Below are positions 48,809-60,909 of a stretch of 64,000 bases of DNA, piece by piece. Position 1 is the first letter of the stretch; each line of letters opens with the position of its first letter. The notes beneath the pieces are model-generated. The model did not search any database. It was given only the letters and a program-made list of their open reading frames with translations, and was not told where the DNA came from. The stretch is from positions 17,236,001-17,300,000 of the forward strand of contig CP075492.1 of assembly GCA_021613535.1 (NCBI GenBank), read 5' to 3'. Both the position numbers and the translations under genes were made by a program. Origin of the DNA: Adineta vaga. Taxonomy: Eukaryota; Animalia; Rotifera.

Positions 48809-51628
48809 TTAAGTTTCTCTCTTCATTAGTTTGATCCAGACTTCCGGTGGTGCAATGACTGTACGTTCCGTAATATTGAAGTTGCTTTCGAGGTGTTTAC
48901 CAGGCAGAATGGAGTACTCTCGAAGTAGTCTTGTTAACAGGATCTTCATCTCGATCAATGCAAAGCGCATGCCAGCGCAATGTCGTGGGCCTGCTCCGAA
49001 CGGAAGATAAGCCATTGGATGACGTTTTGTTTGATGGCGCTCGGGCAAGAAGATATATGGATCGTCAGGGCCCCACAGTTCACGATCGTAATGAATCGAA
49101 TAGACATCAGCATACACTATGGTGTCTTGGAAAAATAACAAGTGATTAGTTTACCAAACTTTTCTGAACCATAAAAATAAAGCCGGTAGGCTAGGATGTG
49201 GGTGTAGCTGTTATTGCAAACTGAATTGGAAGTCAAAATAAATTTTAGTCAATTGACAAGTTGAATGAAATGTATAGACATCGACACATCTTCGACTGAT
49301 ATCTTTTACTAGAGCATTCTTGCCCATCAAAATGTTGAAAGAGATATAATCTACTGTACAGATATTTCAACAATTTGTTTTATACAAGTCTCAACTGAAT
49401 CCAAAAAAAGTCATTTTTCGATCTGATATCAAAATTCCAAAATCAATTCTTTACCGATTATATTACACTTCACATGAATTCCTTCATAGTTAGATAAAGA
49501 TCAGAATGCTTTTCTAAGTTAAAAACATCTAGTTACCTTTCTCGATGTTAATTCCTTGTACAACTGTATCTTGGTAGGCGCGCCGTTGGATGGCCCTGTT
49601 CGCGATAGGGTACATTCTCAAGACTTCAGAAACAAACGAGTCCATATAAGGCATCTGTGCGACAATATCATAGTCGGGATATTTCTTCTTTGTCTCGTCG
49701 CCACTATCATCATCATTCAACGGAAGTTGATCAATTTCAGCCTGAAGTTTCTCAAGGATTTCCGGATGTCTAGCAAGTTCATATGTAGCACAGGCCAACG
49801 CAGTCGATGTCGTTTCATATCCCGCCAACATGAAGACAAAAATGTTGCCGATGACTTCTTCCTGGGTGAGCCGATTAACTACTTTGTTGCTGTCTTCCGT
49901 TGTATCCTATGGAGATATTGCAATCATGACTGCTTATAAATATGACTAATCGATCTAGTGCAATCAATAGCATTTTAACTTTCATAGTAATTTTGCTGAA
50001 AAAGTGCACGAAAACTTATACTACGATTTTTTGTGTCACTCTAAATTTCTGAAAATAGTATGAATATCATTGAAGTATTTCCTACATCTCTTGCTTCTGC
50101 ACTGTGTCTCTTTTTGTGAATAATCCGAGTTGGCAAATAAGGCAATTTTCATGCGGATAAAATATCGGAGTTTCTCTATTAGAATCCATGTCACAGTGAA
50201 CTCACACACCTGTTATTCAAGTTATAGTCGAAGAAAAACATAAGGTCAGTATGTGCCAAGACGATTCTTCTCGAACTTTTAAAAAAAGACAGTCACTACG
50301 CTTTTCGATAAAATCCACCTCATTGTACCCAGTTGTGTGTAAAATCTGTCTCAAAACTAGTTTTTACTTTTATTTCCAGAAGACGTAAGTAGCCTGAAAA
50401 TTTCTTCTAGAGAATTTTGTCAAAAAAAATTCAGCGAATTAGGTTTAAAAGATCTTACTTACATCAATTGCTTCGTTGGTAACTGCTTGTAACATAAGAT
50501 TTAGAAGATCGACTCGTGCGCTAGGTGTTTGCCGCCGTTGTTCGACAATTGCGTGCAGACGATTGAGGAGCCACATGAATGATAGTTCATCCACCTGTTT
50601 TGTTGATGAAACTAATGGCAGAAGTTGTGTATTTATGAACGTTAGTGCGGTGCTGCCGGCTGAAAATAGTCGAGCAGCGACAGTACCAATTTCAGGTACA
50701 AGCATGACCAATTTAAAAAAAAGACCACTGTCAACGGCACTGCCAGAAAATAATTCGTCCACTTTTCTGAAATAGATATTGCTCGGATTGTTTTGTAAAT
50801 CGGTGTCAATTCCAAATGCACATCGACCTAAATTACAACAAGCATGAACTCGGTTGAAGCAGTTTGCTACTCTATGCAAGTTTGATATTTCTTTTTGTAT
50901 CAGAGCTATGTCAGGTGCGCGGGTGAGTGTGGGTGACCTATAGTATTCTCGATAAACATCCACACCCATCCATATCCTCATAGATTCAATGCAGAAAAAT
51001 TCGAAAATTTTGTAGGCTACTAAATAGTTTCACATGCTTTCATTGTGTGTCTTGAAACAAAAGAAGGTCACAACCTATACTTACAAATAACATCCATTGT
51101 CATGCGTTTATAGTACAAGTAGATGTTGAACTCGTCACTATTTCCTACATGATCAGGCAATTTCCCCATCAAATCATCAATACATCCGTTTATGAGAGGA
51201 CTCATTGTTTTCAGTTTCGATGCAGTGAACGTTGGGTTGATTACATTACGTTGACGACGCCATGTTTTACCTGATGTAAAAAAGACGTCGTGATTTATTC
51301 TATCTAGTAGAATGGGTTTTCGCCCATGAAAGCTGGAAAATTGTTTGATAAACACTTCTAGCAGAAAATCAGGATCACTAACAACCAACACAGGAAGAGT
51401 TCCTTCATAGATTCCATAAATTTTGCCAAATTGTTTCGTCCAACTTTCAAGCTGACGATGATAGGACGCGACATTCCATAGCGTCCTGATATTCCCAAAA
51501 AATAGCTCAAAGCGTGGCGTGGGAATGCCACGTTGACTAAAGTATTGATACCTTCGCCGAAGTAGGAATAGGTAGTACGTTAAAGGAACGACGAATAGAA
51601 CAAGTAGAAGCAAGAGTAGAGATAGCAT
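48809..51628 (-). CDS. Cytochrome P450, CYP3-clan-like; 4 exons (51628-51085, 50827-50463, 49906-49537, 49125-48809)
   Basis: N-terminal anchor, WRRQR, AGYETT, EVLR, PERH and FGAGPRHCAG. All GT-AG junctions are frame-consistent. Confidence 0.93.
50911..50980. repeat. Telomere-like inverted-arm element in CYP intron 1
   Basis: gcgggtgagtgtgggt-gacctatagtattctcg(17)-ataaacatccacacccatccatatcctca. Confidence 0.7.
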
Positions 51629-52036
51629 CTTATGCGCTTTGTATTTAAGCGGTGACGACGAAGAAAATGAAGAAAAATAAAAACAACGGCTTTATATATA
51701 CATGTGCAATGCGCAACCTTTTTTGTTGATTCTGTGTCACAAAATACTAAGAACATTTGATGCCGAAAGGTAATATATCGAATAAGAAATATTTTTATCG
51801 CTTTGACAAACATCAGATAGTTGAGTACTATAAACTTTTGTTTTTTTTCAACAGTCGCTGCTCTTGGTTGTAAAAAGCAAGAAAATATTACTACACAAAA
51901 AAGGTTGGACGACTATGGATAATTTGATGATCAGTGAGGATAATGTTGAGGATTATTGAGCATGGGCGGGTAAGTAAGAGTACTGAGGCTTTTATAGACC
52001 TACCATCTTCATGAACGTGTACTTATCCACAATTAT

Positions 52037-52095
52037 TCGAGGGTGGGTGTGGGTGTTAGTGTGAATGAGAAATACATTGTTACCCACACCCTCAA
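52037..52095. repeat. Telomere-like inverted-arm element
   Basis: tcgagggtgggtgtgggtgttagtgtgaat-gagaaatacattgtt(15)-acccacaccctcaa. Confidence 0.85.
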
Positions 52096-52283
52096 GATAT
52101 ATCTATGTCCGAATATGAATTCGAGATACATACAACTAAACCTATGTCTTCCTCAACAATTAATTTTATGTTAAGATTTATATTCGAACTCGAATTAGGC
52201 ATCTACTCGTATATTCACAATATACATGCCCACACCCCAACATGTCGGTGTTCAGATCAAATTCGAATGAAAAATAAGTATTT

Positions 52284-53333
52284 TTATTTTTCAAATTGAA
52301 CAGTCCAAGAATAGCTTTCTTCATTATGAGTAATTTGAACTTTTCGATCTAACCAAAATAATGTTGAAAAATCCATCTGTATAACGTCAGATATTTGTCG
52401 AGTAATATAACGATAATGGCAGATAAATGTGATCTGAAATTTTTGTATATAAGAACATTTTTCTGTTAATAATTTTTCCCATTGATATCCATGTGATAGT
52501 CTATAATTACATGTAACTTTCATTTCATGTAATTTCGGTAATTTTTCTAATAACATTTGAATATCTTTGAAGACAATATAATAATCAAGATGAATGTCTA
52601 AATAAACGCAATTCCATAAAACTAAATCTGGAAGTATTATTGATATTGACATTATTTGATCGACATTGGAATATAATCGAGACATTTTCATCGATTTTAT
52701 GTGTGATATCGATGGTAAGATTTCCAGAAAATTTTCCAAAGAAATAGATGGAAAAGAAATTAATTGCAAATTTGTTTGTTTCATTATCGTTGGGGAAGGT
52801 ATATGAACAAGTCGAGAAACATCCATACATTGAAAAACAAATTGTGTAACGGAAAGAAAAACTTGATATTCGACGAATAACAGTTGAAGTAAATGATTTA
52901 AATATCGATCATAAGAAGCTGTTTGACCCACACGTATTCGTAAAGATTCGAGCGATGTTAATTGTGATAATTGTTCTAAGAATACAAATGAACAGTCGCT
53001 TCCCAAATCACCTAGATAGAATAATGAAAGCGAATGCAATTGTTGAAATTTGCTAATTGGCCATCGGATAAAGAAATCATCAAATTGATATTCGTAATAA
53101 AATTTGATTGATCGAACATTCGAATAATTTCTTACCTTAGGAAAAATGATATCGGAAACTAAATTATAGTCTTTAATTGTTACGATATCAAAATACAATG
53201 GTGTAATTTCCATTATTATTGAAGTGATTCTCGAATTAAGATCACCAAATATATGATGGAGTTCGATAGCATTAAAGAATTCAAAAAGTTCACACCGTAA
53301 TTCCGTTGACAAACTTTCAATTGTATTTGACAT
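52284..53333 (-). CDS. F-box / LRR-like protein
   Basis: IESLSTELRCELFEFFNAIELHHIFGDLNSRI F-box, LRR-like repeats, and a C-terminal FSTLFW motif. Confidence 0.8.
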   Translation of the reverse strand: MSNTIESLSTELRCELFEFFNAIELHHIFGDLNSRITSIIMEITPLYFDIVTIKDYNLVSDIIFPKVRNYSNVRSIKFYYEYQFDDFFIRWPISKFQQLHSLSLFYLGDLGSDCSFVFLEQLSQLTSLESLRIRVGQTASYDRYLNHLLQLLFVEYQVFLSVTQFVFQCMDVSRLVHIPSPTIMKQTNLQLISFPSISLENFLEILPSISHIKSMKMSRLYSNVDQIMSISIILPDLVLWNCVYLDIHLDYYIVFKDIQMLLEKLPKLHEMKVTCNYRLSHGYQWEKLLTEKCSYIQKFQITFICHYRYITRQISDVIQMDFSTLFWLDRKVQITHNEESYSWTVQFEK

Positions 53334-53523
53334 GATATGATGAATATTTTTACATTTAAAAGAAAATATATTTAAAGGTTTCTGAATAAATAACAATTCT
53401 GCACATGGTAATTTCGCAATAAAAATACATCATGACTCCATATAAAGTGCTATCGATATTCTTAGACGCATACGCAATTCGAAATAAGAGATAGAGAAAG
53501 AACTGACAATGACATCTATAGGT

Positions 53524-53566
53524 AGGGTGTGGGTATGGATGAAGAAGGTAGCAACACCCACACCTA
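53524..53566. repeat. Telomere-like inverted-arm element between divergent genes
   Basis: agggtgtgggtatggat-gaagaaggtagcaac(15)-acccacaccta. Confidence 0.8.
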
Positions 53567-53981
53567 GATAGATATATAGAACAATCTGATTATTGTTTGC
53601 AGGTCGCTGGTTTGATTATATGATAGAGGAACTGAGAGAAATTGATTAGTTTTATATGATATAGTTGAAGGGATCGAGAAAATTCCTATTTCTCAGTCGT
53701 TGGACACTGTTGAATGTTCATGGCTTCTAAATCTTTTTTTCCTAGGTATGATGCCCAATAATATTTGATTACTTTTTAAAAGTGAGTATAGGATGAAGAT
53801 CAAAATAGCCAAGTATTACACGTATCGAAATTTCAATTGAATACATAGCGATGCTTTATTTCTTCTAATTACATCGAAATTGAAAATTAATCCTATTTAA
53901 GAAAAATACTTTATGGTATCAAATGATAATAAAATATAGATTTATAAGATACACCTTTTCGTTTGAATATAACAATTTATC

Positions 53982-56792
53982 ATGTATCGATATGTTTTGA
54001 ATTTTCTTGTTTTCAACCTACTGTTGATTGTTGTTGCTAATGCATCAGGTATGTTCTTAACAATGTTCAAATACTTCTTTGTCGATATAAAATTCTACGA
54101 TGTATTATTTTAGATGATACTTATCTACAACAAACAAGACAGACTGGGTAAAATGCTACCGACTTACAAATTAAAAACTATGTTTAATATGTATTTTAGT
54201 CGAGAACTATTCGTTGATCAACGCGGTGGAACACCATACAAAACCCTTACCGCTGCAGTCTCTTTTGCTGTTCCTGGTGATAAAATTATCTTGGCTAAAG
54301 GCAGTGGTCCATACCGAGAAACGCTCAATATCCGGAAATCTGGTACTGCTACAGCTCCGATTATAGTTGAAGGTAACGGTGAGACTATCACTGGTTTTAA
54401 TCAGATGCGTTTCACATTCGATGGTAATATTTGGATCTACACACTTTCAAAACCATTTGATACGGCACCAGTCGTGATTGCATGGCAAGGTCGACGTATT
54501 CTTCAAGATCAAAATACTGGTGAATTTCTTGGACCTATCAAATTATGGTCAGATGGAAAAACTCTAGAACTTACTCCTGGCACTTCAACGGAAGATTGGG
54601 AAATATCTACTCGTCTATTTGTTGTTGCTCTCAATGACGTTTCTCACCATATCTATCGTAATATAATTGCTACTGGTAGTCTAAATGATGGTTTTAACCT
54701 TCATGGTCATGGTATTAATATTGTCTTTGAGAACATCGTTGGCTACAACAATCTCGACGAAGGTTTCTCTTCACACGATACGATGTCTTGCACGATCACT
54801 AATGGTCGTTTCTGGGCCAATGATAACGGTATTGCTAATGTTCATAATAGTATTACAAACATTACCAATGTTATGATTCATGATAACGTCGGCTATGGTC
54901 TCTGGCTTCCTGACAACACCACAAGCAATTTAGTTGATGTTCGTGTTTGGAATAATGGTGCTGCTCAGTTTCGTCTCGATAGTCGTGCAACAGGTACAGC
55001 TACTAGAGTTCTTGTATGGAAATCATCGTGGAATACACCACCATGGCGTCGTTACATGGAATCTAAAACCGTTAAGAATACGACAACACTAGGTGGTAAT
55101 GCTGCTTATACACCAGTTCCTTTCTGGACGGGAAAACCTGAAATGAATACTTTATCTATGATGCCTATTCCTATCAATCCAACGATCAATAGTACTGTGC
55201 CTAGTATTACAGCTTTAATTCAAGATGCTCTTACAACTGGTCGTTCACTTGTGGTTCTTCCAGCTGGAATTCATCGTCTCACAGATCAAATCTATATTCG
55301 CAATGCCAGTAATCTCGAAATTGAAGGTACCGGTACAACTTTGATCATGACTAACAGTAGACGCAGCATCTTGTTCATCAATAAAGCGAATAATTTAATC
55401 ATTCGTGGTTTAACATTCGACTATGATCCACTTCCCTTTACTCAAGGTACAATCACTGCAGTTACATTGAGTTCTATTACATTTACAGTGCATGACGGAT
55501 ATCCTGATCTCAATGACGGGTTTGGATCAACACCAGCGGCACATTTATTTAAGCCAGATGGCCAACGACATCCGCATGCTCATGATTTTTATAAACCTTC
55601 TTTGAAAATCATTACGAATCGCACGGGCATTTTAACCAAGACTGGTCCTAACTGGCCCACTACTCTTACTATTGGTGATTTCGTTGTTCTAGATCGTCGT
55701 GAAACTGATGCTACGAATGCCGTTAATATTTTTGATAGTATCGGTTCAGTTACCTTTGCAGATACTACAATGCTCAGTTCACCTTCTCTTGGTTTTGTTG
55801 GTCGTTACAATCTCGATGCTGTTATTTTCCGTCGTGTTACTTTACGAACTGGTTCAACACCACGCGGTGCAATTCAACCACGTCTGTTTTCCACAAATGC
55901 TGATGCCATTAACTTTGCGCATAATCGTAAGGGACCACTGATTGAAAACTGCGACATATCTCATCAGGGTGATGATTCTCTCAATGTGCATGGCCCATTC
56001 CTCAAGATTACTAATGTACTTTCAAATACAAGCTTTCAGTTTACCTATCTACGTCCTCATTCCTTTCTTCATCCTACAAAGGTAGGCGATACTGTACGTC
56101 TACATGCCAGTGGCAACTTCAACTTGATCGGTACGGCAAAATTTGCTTCCTATAGATTAGTCGGTACAAGTGAGGGAGTTACAACATATGATATCAATCT
56201 TTTAACTCCACCAAATACACCACTCGCTGTTGATCAATGGTTTGACATTCCTGAATTAAACAGTCCTGACTATGTTGTTCGTGATAGTTATTTTCATGAT
56301 CATCGTGCTCGTGGTTTGCGTCTTATGGCTAGCAATGGTCTCATTGAACGAAATCGCTTTGAACGTCTTACTAAATGTGCTATCTCAATTGGTCCCGAAT
56401 TTGGATATTGGCGCGAAGCAGGTTGGGTCAATAACGTCACAATTCGGAATAATAACATCAGTTACATTGGTGTAGATATAAGTCTATCAGCAACAGGTAG
56501 TATCACACCTGGTGCTATTAGTATCTTTGTTCATACCGATAAAAACTCAGCACCCTACCCAAATGGCCATAGCAATATTATTATTGAAAATAATATCATC
56601 AAAGAAATATCTGTCGCTGGTATTCATGCTTATGCTGTAACTGGTCTTATTGTACGTGGTAACACACTTCTTCATACAAATCTTATTCGTGGTCCAGGCA
56701 CCGATAATTCTACTGGTCTTGTAATTACTGGACCCATTTCAGTTTCTGCTGCCATTAATACTACTGTTGAAAATAATTATATTCTTGAATAA
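53982..56792 (+). CDS. Secreted double right-handed beta-helix protein (C-half GH110 alpha-galactosidase-like), bacterial-like; 3 exons (53982-54048, 54114-54147, 54200-56792)
   Basis: Exon 1 encodes the signal peptide MYRYVLNFLVFNLLLIVVANAS. Two introns are frame-consistent with the long ORF. Motifs PYKTLTAAV..PGD, NDGFNLHG, DYDPLPFTQG, STNADA, GDDSLNVHG and RARG...GLIERN. Confidence 0.85.
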
Positions 56793-56831
56793 AAATTTTC
56801 TTCATCTCCTTCTATCAGATATGAACTTTAT

Positions 56832-56888
56832 TTGAAGGGTGTGGATGAATAGAGACACTGACTTGCACGTATCCACACCCACCCTCGA
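56832..56888. repeat. Telomere-like inverted-arm element between convergent genes
   Basis: ttgaagggtgtggat-24 nt-atccacacccaccctcga. Confidence 0.8.
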
Positions 56889-56937
56889 TATGAAAATCTA
56901 CTGAAAAAAAAAAGTTTTATTTTATCAGAGTTCATGA

Positions 56938-58693
56938 TTACAAAAATTGAATTCGAAATACAATTGTTTCTCGTATAGCGCGTAATTTTAACTGAATTTC
57001 CTTTGCTTTGTCGATTAAAAATTGTCTGCCATGGTATGTATTTTGCGAGATTTGTAATACGATTTTCTTCAATTTGGAACATTCATGTACTAGAGCAATC
57101 CATCGATTCACATTCCAAAATAATTCAATATTACGATCATTGATATGGAAATAAAAATATTGAATATTTTTTATTATTCTCACCCAACTAGTTCTTCTCA
57201 TTAGAATATATGAATCATTATCCTTACGGCTCTCGTTTTTCAAAGGTAAACAACCATGACCAGTATGAAGTAAAAAGGATTCTATTTTAAGGATTTTATC
57301 ATAGAAGTAATAGAATGGAGATGTATAATAACGAGTGTCCAATATCTCGGTACAATGAATTTTAAATTGTCTAATGCATCCTGGAAGTAAAATTAATAGT
57401 TCTTCAAACTCTCTATAATTCAGTTCACGATCATAGTATATGGAAAAACAAATCAATTTTGGAAAACATTTTGCATATTCTTTACTATAATCTTTGAAAT
57501 TGATTGGATTTACTAATGTTATTGAAGTAATATGTTGAAGCTTTGATAGAAGAATGAAATTACTCATTGAATTTAATTGATTTTTATCCAAATGCAAAGA
57601 AACAACTTTTTCACTTTCAATTTTTGGGCGAATCATTTTAACAATTGAATCATTTGGATCCGACAGTTGAAATCGGAATTGAGATTTTTTTAACATTGAA
57701 AGAACATTAATTGAAAATGCAGAAATTGAATCATTTAATGGCAGATATTGAGCTGTTTCATAAATAATATCCCAACAAAGACGAGTTTTTTCAACGAAAT
57801 CAAATGACTAAAAAGAGTATATTAACTTATTGATTGATATGAATATAAGAAAATACTTACCAAATCCAATTCAATTTTCTCGCACTTCTCTTTATAATTA
57901 TACAATTCATCAAATAAATTGTCAGTATCAACTACAAGTTGAGTATGTGTCAAAATATTATTCTTAACCAACAAATCAAATTGATATTCTGATGTAATTT
58001 CTCCATTTTTTCTGTATTCAAATAATCGTGTAATTCCAATGAGCAAAGGAAATTCTTCGCTGGAAAAGTTATCAGAAAATGATGTAGAAAATAAATCTTG
58101 CCAGATTTTGTCTAATCTAAATTTGAAAAGAAATTGAATTTATCTATTGAAATCAATATGTTATTTACGTATCAGCTGTTTCGCCCATAAATTTCCATGG
58201 CCAAATAACATAATTCATGTTTAAATAAGCGACAATATTACTTGAACAGCACATAGTACTATAAAAACTATCTTCAAGTTCACTTGAATCGTTAGAGATA
58301 TAAACAAGAACTGGTCGACGCTGAAAAATTAAAAAAAAAAGATCTTGATGTTTTATATGGATGCATAAAATGAAAATAGACAAACTTGGTCAATTGTAGC
58401 TGAATCAAATGCGATTCGACATGCATCTCTAAGAGAGTTCGTAAAAAATATAGGAATAACTTCGTCAAATGGTTCGTCCAGTTCAAATGATGTATCACTC
58501 CCTTAAAAATAACACGCTTTAAAATCATCAATACACTTGTCTGATGAATCAAAAACTACTTACAAGATATGATGTCGCTCAATTTATCAGAATCAACAGT
58601 GTCTTGTTGATTCATATCACTAGCCTGAATTAGAAGCACATATAAAAACTATATACCAATGTCTTTTATCCTCTAAAACAGTATACTCACCAT
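56938..58693 (-). CDS. Multi-exon gene: FAF1-like UAS (thioredoxin-like) domain fused to an F-box-like + LRR-like region
   Basis: ATG|gtgagt at 58693; exon RPVLVYISNDSS...IVAYLNMNYVIWPW (UAS-like); final exon from 57807 reads SFDFVEKTRLCWDIIYETAQYLPLNDSISAFS in frame with ORF 57696-56938. Internal exon boundaries are only partly resolved. Confidence 0.6.
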
Positions 58694-58909
58694 CTTGATC
58701 GTTTGTTTATATATATATATTTATGTCATAAAAGCTCGACACTATTTTTGTAACTGAGAAAAGACCTACTCTTTTTATGTGAATATATGACTAGGAAAAA
58801 ACCTTTTCTTTATCTGTCCTTCTACAATGAATCAAAAATATATTGTTGATATTACATTCTATGTACTAAACAAATACGCCTTGTTGTTATCTGAATTTAC
58901 ATTTACAGT

Positions 58910-59075
58910 AATGAAAAAAAAGTTTATTTTATTAAAGCTGACGATTATAAAAACTGAATTCGAAATAGAATTGTTTCTCGTATAGCGCGTAATTTTAACT
59001 GAATTTCCTTTGCTTTGTCGATTAAAGATTGCCTGTCGTGACATGTACTTTGGGAGACTTGTAATACGATTTTCA
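58910..59075 (-). pseudogene. Paralogous 3'-end fragment of the preceding gene
   Basis: About 165 nt closely matching 56900-57067 (shared ttgtttctcgtatagcgcgtaattttaactgaatttcctttgctttgtcgattaaa). Confidence 0.8.
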
Positions 59076-59309
59076 TTGAAATTTTTTTCAACATAATCTT
59101 CCTTAACGATGAAATAAATATATTTAATATTTGTTATTGTTCTATCGAATAATATCTTATCGTTAGAAGACGTGATATGTCATCTTCGAAGCGTTCTCGT
59201 CGCGAATCTGAAGAACGTCGACTAATATCAGGCAGAAAGGATTCAACTTTAAATGTTTCACAAAACCCTCCGAAAGATTGACGCATATAGTGAATGTCAT
59301 TAGTATTAT

Positions 59310-59356
59310 ATGAGGGTGGGTGCGGTTCAGAAGAACATTCTCACCCACACTCTCAA
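59310..59356. repeat. Telomere-like inverted-arm element
   Basis: tgagggtgggtgcggt-tcagaagaacattctc(16)-acccacactctcaa. Confidence 0.8.
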
Positions 59357-59808
59357 AACAAACAAGTAAAAGTTATGTTTGATAACTACTTCCATTTTTT
59401 TAATATGTTTTAGTACAAACAGTTAAGCCTAACTTGGTTGTTGACATATATAGCTAAAGGATCGGTTACACATTTAGAAGATTTATCAAAATGAAACTAG
59501 TTATGATATTTTTGATTATCTTGAGTTTTTTCATGTTCATCAATCTTTCTTCAAACTCAATGTACGATTTCAAAAACTTCTGATTAAAATCAATATAAAT
59601 TCAGCAATAACAAGATCGAATCTTACACAATACTATAATAATATTGTTGTACCTTTTTCACATCGAATCATTTCATTTCATATATCAAATGATTCTAGTT
59701 CTGCTCCTGATGTTTTTTCATATAATATTTGATCACGTTTTACTCGATTGGAAACACTTATCCTTGACAATTTCTTTCTTATCAAATCTTTCTACATTTG
59801 TTATTATC

Positions 59809-59873
59809 TTGAGGGTGTAGATTTGGGTGAGGTTGTTAGATAGTTGTATTACTCACACCCACACCCACGCCCT
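59809..59873. repeat. Telomere-like inverted-arm element
   Basis: ttgagggtgtagatttgggt-22 nt-actcacacccacacccacgccct. Confidence 0.8.
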
Positions 59874-60123
59874 TTCGTCCACAAAGCTCTCAAATATATT
59901 ATAGGACTATACAGTACAATGGAACATTCTTTGTACTCAAAAATATGCAAAAACAACCCTAGATTCGATTCTTATCTGTGTCTCGATTTGATAAAGAAAC
60001 ACAAAAATATCATCTAATTACCTATCATCACCTGTCAACACAACTAGATGATATTATTCTTAGCACACGTATATATACTAGCAAAGTTTCTGTATTTCGA
60101 AAAATCATTTTAAACACAATACG

Positions 60124-60306
60124 ATGGATCGTCGTCTGTTTATTATTATTCAAGCTGCAACCTTATTAGTGTCTCTCTTAAATGCTGGACCAATTCGCCA
60201 TAATAATGACTTGAAACTATTCAAACGCAATTTACATGATGCAGTTAATGTTGATCAAGCTGTTACTGGAGAATATCGTGAAAATAATTTAGATATCTGT
60301 AAATGA
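60124..60306 (+). CDS. Small secreted peptide precursor candidate
   Basis: Signal-peptide-like N-terminus and a KR dibasic site; only 60 aa. Confidence 0.35.
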   Translation: MDRRLFIIIQAATLLVSLLNAGPIRHNNDLKLFKRNLHDAVNVDQAVTGEYRENNLDICK

Positions 60307-60449
60307 GATCGGCATGATGTAGATTAAGTTGAAAAGAATTTATTATCATGAAGTTGTGTAAATGAGTATTTTGAGAATTTCTGCTTTTGCTTTATATTTC
60401 GTGAATGCATATATAAAAGATAAAAAATACTTTTGAGAACTTTCACATA

Positions 60450-60502
60450 TTGAGGGTGTGGGTGGGTGTGGGTACTTCCTCTTCTATCACACCCACACCC
60501 TC
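60450..60502. repeat. Telomere-like inverted-arm element (best preserved)
   Basis: ttgagggtgtgggtgggtgtgggt-acttcctcttctatcac(17)-acccacaccctc. Confidence 0.88.
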
Positions 60503-60536
60503 TTGATCAAGGGTTATTATTGTCTATTGAAGAGCT

Positions 60537-60767
60537 CACACCAGTGAAAGAGAAATCTGCATAAAACACATAGAAAGCGTTGTAATTTTAACGAGAACAA
60601 AATCGTATGAAGCGCACATTTTCTACGCGTTAACACCGGCGCATGGAATATTCCAACAACGAAGAAGCGCAATAAGAGACGTTAACGCGTCGTTAGCATA
60701 TAAAAAATGTACGTTTTTTACGATTTTATTTTTGCTATAAAATTTCTACGCTTTTTCTCTGACTGTG
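60537..60767. mobile_element. Degenerate MITE-like element with long imperfect inverted repeats
   Basis: Left aaagcgttgtaatttta...aaaatcgtatgaagcgcacatttt..acgcgttaac mirrors right gttaacgcgt...aaaatgtacgttttttacgatttt...taaaatttctacgcttt. Termini are cac.../...gtg. Confidence 0.7.
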
Positions 60768-60909
60768 AATGAGACATGCATGGGATTTGAATAATGAGAT
60801 CGAGTTACACTTTCTTCAAATGCTTCATGAAACAGTGATCAAACAAAAAGCACGTTAGTAACTCTTCTAACTTACACTTACATTTTGTATTAGTGTTCGA
60901 TCCTGAAAC

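Noticed and set aside
9379-56792. Bacterial contamination explaining the bacterial-like genes
   Set aside because: The genes are interleaved with intron-containing animal genes, share host composition, and one has spliceosomal introns.
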